From Dimorphilus gyrociliatus (taxonomy: Eukaryota > Animalia > Annelida), in the NCBI GenBank assembly GCA_904063045.1, contig CAJFCJ010000006.1, positions 2,594,946 to 2,658,945 of the forward strand: a stretch of DNA of 64,000 nt. Reading direction: 5' to 3'. Positions 13,601 to 31,817 of the stretch are shown here, in pieces (positions within the stretch are counted from its first letter, which is position 1; the number at the start of each line of letters is the position of its first letter). The translations under genes were made by a program, and so were the position numbers. The notes under the pieces are model-generated. The model worked only from the letters and a program-made list of their open reading frames with translations, did not search any database and was not told the origin of the DNA.

Positions 13601-16600
13601 TTTATTTTCCATTCTATCTTTCATTCTCCTATTCTGATAGCTTGTTCGTTTTTATTTCGAGCGCGAAAGTTTGAGCAAACAAATTTTGTTTGAGGCGTTT
13701 AAAAAGGGAAAAAGCTTTAACAAAGACTACTGAACACTAAACTAACATTGGACTTGTGTGCAGTGTACATCTGCTCTCGACCCAACCGAAATAATTGTTC
13801 GTTCTTTTTCCAATTTTTTTTCCTCAATATATAAAAAAAAAACTCTCTAAGCAGGGATTTTTTCCTTATTTTTCTTTCTAAGATATCCTATTATTCCCTT
13901 TCAATTATTTCCGTAAATAAACCTTTTGTTAATCAAATGCCTTCTTTTCCCTTTAGCTACTTATTACGTAAATTATCCTTTTTCTAAATGAGAGAAAATG
14001 GGCATTTCTATCTCTTTTTTGCATAAAAAATTATGGATATTCTAGAAAGGGGGAAAAATTGAATTGCCTGCGTAATTAGTCTCTTTAGCTACGTTCGTGT
14101 AGTTCCCCTAATCCATTTAGTTTAAGCCCATGCAATTTTTTAATCCTTGGTTATTTGCATATGAACAACAATCTGTTCGGAGCTGATATTAGATCTAATT
14201 TAAGCGGTTACAATAATTATTCTAAAAATACATTCTGAAATTTTCTTCAAGTAGGGAATGAAATGATATTGTAGAAAAAAGAAAAACAATATGATTAATT
14301 TGACAGGGATAATAACAACAAAGTGTTGCCATCATCGATGAAGGATTACGGATTAATAGTTAAAGGGATCAGATTGGTTTTGTCAACAAAAGAAATGCAC
14401 TTCTAGAGTGGTCCACATTAACTCTTTGAGTAAGCTTTCAGTCTTTCCTCCTTCCTTTCGGAACAAAGGTGTCACGTGCACTATTTATACACTGAATGTA
14501 TATATTGAATATATATTTGGAATACTTAATGATTGTACCGTTAAGTTATTTAAAACCCTTCAACAAACTCAACAAAATGCTTTACTTATTTTCACGCCTA
14601 TTTGTTGAATCACGTGACTTCCTTTTTCTGATTATTGAAGTCGTATGTTGCTCAATGGGCATCTAAATACTAAAGTCATATGCCTAGTTGTTTGCCAAGA
14701 ACAAGTAGGTATATAAAATTTCAGAGTTATATCGTTAAATAACACATAGAATCACGTGATGAAAACATTGTGAAAAATTCCACCTCGCGTTTTATATAAC
14801 ATGCTTGTGTACTTTCTTTAAGAGGTGTTCTGCAATCGAATGTTTTTTACGTGTCTTATCCTTATTTGCGAGGAATTACCTTAAATTAGTAGGCCTGCCA
14901 GTTTTTAACAAATCCTATTCGTAAATTGTAAAACTAGACGGCTAAAACCTACTTTCCTTTCACCTGACTAGAGAAATTTTTTTTTCGGCTTTATTGACAA
15001 ATCACGCGGCGCGCGCATACTCGCTTCATCCTTCTAGAACGTCGCTGTTCTTTATCGATTTTTTCGTCGCTAGAATGTTCTTTAGTTTTTTTCTTGAGTG
15101 AAAAATTTTTCATTCATTCTATCGTTTTCTACAATTTCTTTTTACAGTACGCAATTAGGAGCTTGTTATTTGGAAATCGAATGTAAACAGTGGCGATAAA
15201 TAGCGGTTAGCGCTTTTGTTTATTTATTCGTGTCGTGTTGAACGCGCGAACGCGCGCCAAAAAATATTCTCGCGTAAGAGAAATAATGGAAACATGCATA
15301 GTGTATAATAGCATTCTATATGTAATTCTAACTGTGTATACACACTATAAATCTATGCATAAATGGAATAGATGACTTTTTTTATGCGCAAAAGAGAGTA
15401 TATGTATGTATATATAAGGTATAGATGATGGATTTTGTTGTTTAAAAGATAAGGAATTTATTTCTGGCCGACCGTTAAAATACTTCGATACCATTAGCAA
15501 CGGCTGATTATTTTCCAGTACAAAGCCGTCGGCGATGATCAAACGCCTAATTTGACCTCAAGGTTAGGAGGCTATATTTTTACGCATAAATTAGTTAAGT
15601 TAATTCACTTAAAGCGGAAGTTGCGTTTACAATACGTTAAGCGATGATGGACAAATCAATTTCAAACCGAGGGAAAATAAAACATGCAACTAGTAAATGG
15701 TTTTGAACATCGATTTTTAGCGGTTTATTGGTTAAAAAATTAAATTCTTTTTGAGTATAACGAGAAAAAAAAAGAGTAATAAAAGAAGTACAAGGTAAAA
15801 GGGGGAGGGGGGAGGGGAGAGAGAGAGAGAAGTGGAGAAAGAGAGAAAAGAATGAATAGGAAAGTAATCAACTGGCCTATTGTCGGAGACAACGGCAAAC
15901 AATCCTATCAGTAAGATTTACTTGTATACATAGCATTATTATAACATAAAAACGTATATAACACAGTAGGAGAAAAAAATAATAAAGTTTACGTTAAACA
16001 TTGAACTGCTAATTGCTTGGTCTTTGTTATAAGCTTAATCAAACCGTTGTAAGTTCTTTGACACTTCAAACAACTTTACATCAACATGCATTATTAACTA
16101 AGTGTTACGGGTGGAGGAAGAAAGAGGACAGAGAGAAATCTTAAGAAAGAAGGATCAAAAGTGACGGTAAGGTGAAAAAAATTTAATTTCTATGTTTCGG
16201 CAATATCTATGGGATTTAATCAGGTGGAAGATTTCTATTTGACGAAGCATGCTTGATATAAAGATAAAGTGGGGGAACTGAATGGGGGAAAGAGCAAAAG
16301 CGAGGGAAACTATTCGTTCTATTACATATATTATTCTCAGTATGGTTTTTATAGATGTGTGAATATCAGATTTTTTTGGACTTGGGGTCAAATTATCAGA
16401 ATGAAAATACTAGTAGGGCCAAGATAAAGTGGAAGAAAAACGTCCGGCGAGAAAAGGGTAGAAAAAAACATACCCAAGCCCGAACGCGCAAAAGAAATAT
16501 ACACGTACTATAAAACGTCTGCCAAACTAGATAAACAACGCATCCAAAACAAGCATTACCCTTACGATAACGGCTATCGTATTTTCAAACGGTTCCCCCT

Positions 16601-17672
16601 GGTTACATAGGTGAGGTAAAGGGGTACGAGAATAAAAGGAGAGCGACGGAAAATTTTTCCACTGAAAATATTCGATAAGAAACGCAATACTTGACAAACA
16701 GATTGATCAGGGGCAGGTGTATTTAAGACCAAGGAAGGGAAAGGAATCGATTGGTTGTGTTCTGTTCTCCTTCTTTTCCTACCTTTTCTTTCATTTGATT
16801 TTAGCATTACTTTAAACTAAAAATACTCGAATAAACAAAATTTACGGTTAAATGCGTCAGTTATGATCAATTTGATTTGGAGGGCAAGACGCGGTCGGGT
16901 CCATTTTACTATATATATATATATTTATATATGTATATATATAACACGTTTTTTTACCATTAACTTTTACTGGAGTCTATATTTAAAGAATTTACTATCC
17001 CCTATCACCTTTGGAGGCTCCGGGGTTTCGAAAAGGATTTTTATTACAGGGGCGTCGAAGTATTTACATCCTCACCTATACTTAATTAACTTTTTTAATA
17101 CAGTAACGCGTGCTATTTTCCCAACCTTCAACAGGCTTGTTACACCCTATTGGATTGCTGAGTAAACTGTAAAAGTTTGTTACGTAATATGTCTCACGAC
17201 GTGTACAATTAACTTTTAACAAAGCCTAGTATTAGGGCGATTAAAAATTATTTTGATTTACCACGAAAACGTAATTAATTCGACCTACTCTTTGGTATAA
17301 AAGGGGAAAAATAGAAAAAAAATAAACCAACCTTCACCTAGGGCACCAGGTGCGAAGAAAATATAGCAATGAAAAAGGAGAGAGACAACGACGAACATCC
17401 TTGCCGACTATTTACGCTCTAATGACCCTTCTTGTCTGCTAGACATTGGACATATCGGCGTATAAATTTTCCAACTTGGGAACAGATAGGAGACGTCTCA
17501 TTCAAGAGAGAAATTTAAGACGAAGAACATAAGAAGTTTAGCTTTAACTTTCCACTTACACAGTCTGTCGAGCGAATAACGATTTGTGTACGTTGAATGT
17601 CAAGACTGTCGCTAGCGCCGACTGGCGGTCCTACGCCCTTTCGGCGGAGATTTGACTAATTTTTAAAAGAAT

Positions 17673-17686
17673 AGCGCCCTCTATTG
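17673..17686 (-). promoter_or_regulatory. CTCF-like site (AGCGCCCTCTATTG on +)
   Basis: Matches the AGRKGGCGC core of the CTCF motif. Similar sites lie at 27158-27171, 52944-52957 and 56720-56733. Confidence 0.5.
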
Positions 17687-19196
17687 TACGCACTTTTCAA
17701 CTAAAGAGAACATTTCTTTTTTAGAATTTAAACATTTGTTCAGCTAGCTCACAGTCATCGCCTACGGGAGGTGGAAAGAGGCGTCCCTAAACGCCCACTA
17801 CTCGATTGTACCAATTAGAACCGATTTATCGTCCTAATAATTACCTTAGTAAAAAATATAATGAATTATTTATTGAAAGGGAAAGGCGTACTTCATTTCT
17901 ATATATTGTAGATATAAAAAGGATGATAGTTGAATAAATTTATATATATATATATATAATGGTCTTGTTTGCTTCGATCACAATTTATTGTCAAAAATGA
18001 CAAGGTTTCTTTAAAAAAAACAATAAAAAAGAATAAAGAAAGACTTTTTGTATATTCTTGAAAAACATCGATTACGTTATTATTATGATTCCATTTAGGA
18101 ATTAATGCTGAGTGAAAGTAATTCCATTTTTACGCGCATGCGTATGAAAAGAGAGAAAAGATCAGAAAGTTTATTTGAAGAGCAGTAAAAATAAATAGGT
18201 TAACTATAACTTATCACTGTTATTAAGATGAAAAATGAAAACTGGTATTAATCAGGGAGGAGAAAATATTTAAAAATTGAACCACGCCCCTCTGACTTTA
18301 ATGACGGCGTAAAAGCATGCCTTCCGCATTAAAGCATTTATATAATAAAAATGCCTACACCTGCCGCAACAATCGAAGAAAATTGTAGCCTCGTAAATCA
18401 TTCCAAAGGCACACGTTGCCCCGGCGGACCCTTGTAATTTTCTTTCTTTCACTCTCTTTTACTATTTTCATGTTCCCATAGTATTATGAAACAGTAGGAA
18501 GTCGGTCTGTTCCGTTGAAAGAAACGTGACGGACTGATGGTGAAGGAAAAGATTAAGAACAATTCTTTGCAATCAATCTTTTCCCAGGATTCTAAGCACG
18601 AAGGCAGGCTATTGCGTAAAGTTTACACAAACGAAAGCCTTAAAGTCAGTTTCCATGCAAAATTTCTGTCTCAAAAATAACTGTTTTTACCTCTTTTTAT
18701 ACGGAAAGGAGTCGCAGATATATAAATACTTTATATAAACTTATATTTAGACATATTGCATATATATATATATAAATTGTGTCTATATATACTTTTTATT
18801 AGTGTTAGTTATTCGACACTGTGCGTTGAGATTTAGATCGGGATATAGCATCATTTTGACAAATTTGAGATTGTTTCCTTTGTTCGAGAGCTTTGCTATA
18901 TTGCTCCCTGGCAATTAAATAATTATGTAAGTAATCCTTAAATTAGATATATTCGTTTTTATAACCCTTTCAATCCTTTAATAGCCTTTGTGTACTTAAA
19001 ATCTACAATACATACTCATATTTTATTTAAAACTATAACATTTATTAATCGGATTTAATAGGTAAAAGTTTAAGCTACGAAATTGAGCACTTTTAATAGT
19101 GTATGAATTGTTCAATAGACAACAGAGTACTTTTACTTTTTTATGGTAAATTTTCGACATTGAACATACAACAAGTACGTTATATTACGGTGAAAT

Positions 19197-25476
<6,280 letters not shown>

Positions 25477-25821
25477 GAAACTAGATAATAGATCATTATG
25501 CTACAATTGAATATATTATTCCTCTTCTATTATAATGAGTTATACTGTATTCTACGATTTTTCTATATTTCGCTTTACATTTTCCTTTCAATTAAACAAA
25601 AATCTTATCATTAAAAGGGTTTAAAAGTATACCATCGGCATCTTTTTAGTACTATACTTGATGTTATATCCTAGTGACATCTACAATATTCGGATAAAAC
25701 TAGAAAGGAAAGATTGCATGCGTTTATTTGAAAGTTTATTTTAAAACATCTTATAGCTTATAGCTAAAATTGTTCAATCAAGTATTTTATAATAAAAATT
25801 GGTTATTTGTATTCGAATTCT

Positions 25822-27042
25822 ATGAATAATATAAGATATCTGGTTAGGACCACAATAAGACTAAGTTCCAATATTCGTGGTGGTTCTTTGATTCCGCGTT
25901 CTACTTCTAGTGTAAAATCTCTTTACGAAGAACCAAAAATTCTCAAAGATTTAAGTAAAGTCTCTACAAAAATTAAAGATGTTAATAAATTTCCGATGGC
26001 AAGAGAAGAGATGACAAGTATAGCTGATCATATTCAAGAATGCAGCGCTGACGAAGTGATGGAGATTCTAATTAACCAACGACAATTAGACAAAGTACAT
26101 TTTGTTTTCGCAGTTAAGCAGCTAGATATCGTATCACAAAATTTTATAGGGGAAGAGGAGTTTGAAAGATATAAGAAATGGATATGGCAACAACCAGGAT
26201 TTTATGTGTAAGTTATGTAAAATCTCAAATAATACAACTAAGAAAGATCTATACCATCAGATTGTTAGAGAAGCTTGCCGAAAAATGCGTGTATTTTAAT
26301 GCAGAATCTACATTACAAATATTTACTAGCTTAAGGGCTTTAGATTTTCCAAATGACAGCACTTTAATTCAGGTTAGACAACCAAGTAGTTATTTTATAT
26401 TGATACTTTTGCGATTATCCTTTGTTTGTCGTAGGCTTATCTAAAGCTTCTAACGAAACACGTAAACGATCTACACTTTGATCAAGTGGTTCAATTGTTT
26501 GCTATTCTTACAAGTTTTGACAATTCGCTACCTAAAGAAGTTGGTATTCTGAAGAAACTATGCAAGAAGATATGCGATTGTAGAATTCTTGAGTCATGTG
26601 ATGTATTGGATGCTTATGGATTAATATTTCTTTTGGAGGTTTACAATGCCGAAATCTTTGAGAGTGAAGATAAAATTATTAGAATTTTAAATTGCTTGTC
26701 AGAGGAGAGAGCGTTTTTAGATTGGGAAAATATCATTGATATCTTATTGATAATGCGTAAAGATATCTTTGAGCTTTGTCCTGAATTTGCCAACTTTGTA
26801 ATTGATTACGCTTGGTGCGAGATGCCCTCTGAACTCACTCAAAGGTGATTTGATACTGAATGAATATAAATTTATTCAATTATTTACTTCTCTTTTCCTC
26901 TAATTTTAGGGAATCGGAAAAAATTATCCAAGTATGCAGAATATTTCCAGAACATTTGTATCTTAGCGAAGAAAAGCTAAATACTATTAAACTTAGGACA
27001 TTCAATTCAGAAACAACAATAAATACAAACGACAGCACATAA
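25822..27042 (+). CDS. Uncharacterised ~346-aa helical protein, possibly mitochondrial and FASTK-family-like; 4 exons
   Basis: Exons 25822-26207, 26261-26372, 26435-26844 and 26910-27042 join in frame. The Arg/Ser-rich, acid-poor N-terminus resembles a mitochondrial presequence. Leu-rich helical segments (LRALDFPNDSTLIQ) recall FASTKD N-termini; the family assignment is inference. Confidence 0.6.
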
Positions 27043-27363
27043 AAAATTCATATTCTCTCTTTTATACTCAATAAAAACATACTTTTTGTAATAATATTTT
27101 TTAATTTATTAATACTCTAAATCATACAAAGTTCAAAGTCAGTGTTATGTAATCCATCGACAGAGGGCGCTGCAATCGATATTACAGCAATATTCAAACT
27201 GAATGTATGTCTCCTCTAAACGTACTGTCCTTGACCAGTTTTGTAAGAGAGGTTTCTTTTGTACATACAAACTCAGTTTGTTGATTAGAGAGTAGAAGTG
27301 CTGTGTATTTTCAATTACAAACAATTTATGGATAAATAACGGCCCCTTAATTAATATGGTTTG

Positions 27364-30300
27364 ATGGCTATCGATCAAACTCTCTTATTCTTTCTTTCCA
27401 CTGCAATTTTTGGGTTGTGGTGCATCCAATGGCTTATCCACTTTTTTGCTATAGTTTATGCGTGAGTATAAGTCTTTTATTATATAAAACGCTGTATAGT
27501 AACGATGAATATGGTAATAAATACGAACACGTCATTGTCATCAGATGATATCGCTGACTCAATCTTCTACTTTCCTCTGAGTTAGGTCATCGATAAGATC
27601 GCGTCATTCAAATAAATCGGTTCACAAATAGTACAAAATATATTAAAATACACCAATGATATTGGTATTACTTTCAATTCTTGTTCAATAGAACGTTTTT
27701 ATTTTATTGACTACTACGAGAACTTTTTAACATGTATATTTTAGATGATTTTTCAATATTATGGAACATATGCTTGCTATAAACTATTGAGAATGTCTTC
27801 ATTTTTATCAATCTGACAATCAATAAACTATATTTCCCAGATATTTTTTCTTAGATATAAACATAGCACAACCGGAAATTAAAATCAGTAATGTTCTTTT
27901 AATAGAACACTTTAGAATGTTCTCTTTTCCATAATTTAGTAGAATGATGAACGTTTGTATTTTATTGGTTGTAATTCTATAAATGTAAAACGTTATTATT
28001 TATGTTTTATGATTAATCAATCGTATGTTTAAATATTTTCTTTATTATTTTTCTAATATATAGTAAATTGAAACTTTACAAAAAAGAAGAGGTAACGATA
28101 GATGGCTATCCCGGTGTTTCTATTCTTAAACCGTTAACCGGAGCGGATCCTAATTTATATGGAAACTTGGAATCATTCTTTACTTTGGACTATCCTATTG
28201 TAAGTATTTTTTTTTTGTTTATATCTTTCAATAGGAAAAAGTCTTCGCTTAAAAGATAAAGGGACAATATAGTATAAAGTATCTTTGCTCGAATGACAAT
28301 GTCTTCATTATTTTTATTTTTAAACAGTATGAATTACTTTTATGCGTTGCTGAAGATCTTGATTCTGCTGTTCCAATTGTTGAAAGTTTATTAAAAAAAT
28401 ATTCGAAAGTTAACGCTAAATTATTAACATCAGCTGAAAATGTTGGTGTTAATCCAAAGATTAACAACATGTTACAAGGCTATAACGTAGCGAGTTATGA
28501 GCTTATTCTTGTTTCTGATTGTGGAATTAAAGGTAAGATTTTATCGTTTTCTTTTGATTTATATCCTATCTCCTTTTATGACTGTTTTTGTAGTTAAACC
28601 AAATAGTTTGTCAGATATGGTAGAAAAAATGACAAAAGACGTAGGCTTAGTCCATCAAATGCCATACGTTTGCGATAGAAGTGGATTTGCCTCCTGCATA
28701 GAACAGGTGAGAATAAATGACGTTAGATATAATTTAATATTTTTTATACTTAAACATTTTGCGTGTAATTAAAATTACGATTAAACTATATTCATATTAG
28801 AATATATAGTATAGGAAAAAATTGTAGACACACTGAAATAATCGCTTTATATTATTACATAGAAAAGATGATGGCCTAATATTCACTTTTTGACAGTGTA
28901 TCTACTTTAGGGAAGAATACATTTACTTCTGATTATTGTCCAATTCAAACTATTTCTTATAGAAAAATGTAAAATATCCTATATCCATATATTTAATCAA
29001 TGAGTGTTTATTAAATTATTTCTTGTTTTTTTGTTGTTTTATTAAAACAACAAATCATTTGGATGAAATTTGATAAAATTATTAAAAGAATTCAGATCAA
29101 TTTCTTTCTATTATAAGGTCTTATTATATTGTTTCCCCTTCCTATAACTAGACTTCCTGTAGCTTCTCAGCTATAAAACGAATTAAATTAAATAAGAGAA
29201 TATACAGATCAATTGAGAGCTACAAGTATTTTTGTCTTAAGAAACAACGGCTCAGTACTATAAAATAGTAACAAATAATAAACAGAATAAATATCTAGTT
29301 TTCTATCTAAATAAAGCCTTGGTAGTTTATTTCGGAGAAGACTGCTTTCCTTTCTGCATCATATTGTTACCTCTTCAAAAGTGCCTCTAAAAGAAATTGT
29401 TTTCTCCTTTATGAGGTTCTACCAGTTTGCAAGACAAGGCATCTGAAGTTTGTTTCATCTACAGAGAGTGATGACTTTTGCTGCAGAAGCGAATATTGTG
29501 TTGTTGAAAGAAAGTATTTTTTTCTGATCGGTTCTTCTATTAGAATATTTTTAATTTTGTCTTAAGTCTTCCAAATAATTCTAATCTTCAAAATTGTTTC
29601 TAGATTTATTTCTATACAATTTTTTCTCTTTCCACTCTTAAAATCATAATTATGGGAATTGTTTGGCAAAATCGAGGTGGCAGCATTATTTATATCAATT
29701 TACAGGCTTTTAATGAAATTTTTTTCATGCTTTTATGTAAGGAAATAGTTTGAATTAGTTTATATAAAACTGTAAACATCATAATACCTTCTTCCTGCTT
29801 ACAGAGAAGATTCACTGTTTACAATAGACGACTATTATGTCATCGTATTCAGAAACAAAAACTATATACAGTTTTAACATGTCCATAATTCTCACCTTAC
29901 TATATATAAGCTGTACATATGTGAATGAAATTCCTTCATTGTAGAAAATTTTTTTGCTAGATTTTCTTTGGTTCCCGGTTTGCTAAATATTATCTGTTAT
30001 GTGATTTATTGGTAATCAACTGTACAACGGGAATGTGTCTATTATGTAGGAAAAGTTTAATTGATGAAGAAGGCGGTTTAGGAGCTTTTTCGCAGTATCT
30101 AGCAGAGGATTATTACTTAGCTAGTACAGTTTTAAATCGGTAAGAGAGAAGAAATCCCAGATAATGAACACTAACTATTTTCCCCATAGTTTCCTATGCA
30201 AATACGTAATTTTACTAGAAATAGTTATTTTTTTATATTTAATAAGCAATTAAGTATTACTAATCATAAATCATTAGTATTCTTATGAAGCATTTAACAT

Positions 30301-31152
30301 AAGGCTATAATAGTATTAAAGCTTAGCATGCTCTTTTTTACTTTATAGGTTTACTTCGGAACTCATCACGCTAAAATATACTTGAATGCTCAAATTTTGG
30401 GTCAAAACTGTATAACTGGAATGTCGGTAATGGTGCGAAAAAGTATCATTGACGAAGCTGGAGGCCTGCAGGCCTTTTCATCCTATATAGCTGAAGACTA
30501 CTATTTATCAGGAACAATTTTTGATCGGTTGGTTATATTAAATTAATTAGTTAACAATAGTTAGACAATCACGCTTTAATAAATAATGTGATTGATATAG
30601 TTTGCTTGGATTTAACATAGATGATTATTCACGATCATTTTGAAGTCTTTTTTCTTTGAAATATTTACATTTTACATAAACGGATTAATCTTTTTCCTAT
30701 TATTCAGAGGTTGGAAGGTACGTCTAGCTAGTCTTCCTGCCATGCAGAATCATGGAAACTCGACTTTAAAATCTTACCAAGCAAGAATGACTCGTTGGAG
30801 TAAATTACGTTCAGTTTTAGTACCGTTCGCGCATACTGTTGAACCAGTGACAGAAAGTATAGTCTTAGGAATCTTATCCTCTTGGGCGGCTTGGAATATA
30901 TTTAATTGCTCACCCTTAATCTTTTTCACGGCACATTTATTAGTGTGGATGATGCTGGATTATATTTTGTTACGGATAATTCAAAATGGAGAACTATCAT
31001 ATAGTCTTTTTAAATTTGGAACAGCTTGGGTTGTTCGAGAAATAAGTGGTATAGCTTGGTTTATTGCCTCCTGTACAGACTCTACTATTATATGGAGAAA
31101 TCGAAAATATAAAATAAAATGGGGGGGAATAGGAGAAGAAATAAAAAAATGA
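27364..31152 (+). CDS. UGCG: Ceramide glucosyltransferase (glucosylceramide synthase, GT21) with a duplicated alternative exon 5
   Basis: Exons 27364-27461, 28064-28200 ([22 protein letters not shown]), 28328-28532 ([14 protein letters not shown]), 28594-28706 (VGLVHQMP), 29961-30139 or 30349-30527 (AED), and 30708-31152 (RMTRWSKLR, the (Q/R)xxRW motif). Confidence 0.95.
29100..29890 (-). mobile_element. Highly decayed non-LTR retrotransposon 3' fragment, antisense in UGCG intron 4
   Basis: Minus-strand frames, broken by stops and frameshifts, give LYKLI, ..[37 protein letters not shown]. This resembles the post-RT C-terminal Cys/His region of LINEs. No database match was run. Confidence 0.5.
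29961..30139 (+). other. UGCG: UGCG alternative exon 5A (179 nt)
   Basis: TTTTTGCTAG acceptor and GTAAGA donor; stop-free; encodes [60 protein letters not shown]. Confidence 0.85.
30349..30527 (+). other. UGCG: UGCG alternative exon 5B (179 nt)
   Basis: CTTTATAG acceptor and GTTGGT donor; stop-free; encodes [60 protein letters not shown]. Confidence 0.9.
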
Positions 31153-31817
31153 AACACGTTAGAAAATTGTAATTATAGGAATAATTCATCTTTAATTTGA
31201 TTTTAAATGATTTAAATGATAAATTTGCATAAACGAAACAATTCCAACACCTCAAATGTTCAGTTTTCAATATCTAAATTGTCTAAATCAGTTTTTTCAA
31301 GTGTCCTTTAGAACTACATTTGACAAATTGACTTTTTACTGTGAGTCTTCTTAAAGATTTAATGAAAAACTGTTGTCCCTGGATAAAGTCAACAATTACA
31401 CAAATTTTGGTTCAGTAAGCCAGTACTTTCATCAGATTAATTTTGGTGTATTGTTCAAAATATGCCTAACTAAATGTGATTACTACAAGTCAATATGTTA
31501 ATTAATAGCATTGACATTATTACTTTTTTCTGACATTGTCATATACAGTCTACCAATATGTTGTGATTGTAGTTTAGTATACTTTTTGTACTTCCTTGTA
31601 GAAAATTTTACAAAAGCCAATATGTTATCATAATGATTGTTTTTCTAAATGATTATAACTGTTTTATATACATATATATATATATATGTATATAAGAAGT
31701 AAATATTTCAAGAATTTCTTCCACGAAACTTTATCAATGACAAATTGTTAACTTTATGTTTTCTTTTAAAACTACTGTTAAATAAAAAAATTAATACAAA
31801 TGCTTAAAAACTTTGAT

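Noticed and set aside
29325-29530. Apparent third UGCG exon-5 copy (starts GTTTATTTCGGA = VYFG, ends GATCG|GT)
   Set aside because: It is 206 nt rather than 179, has no AG before the VYFG codons, contains in-frame stops, and its interior has no similarity to 5A/5B. The opposite strand is better explained as a LINE relic.
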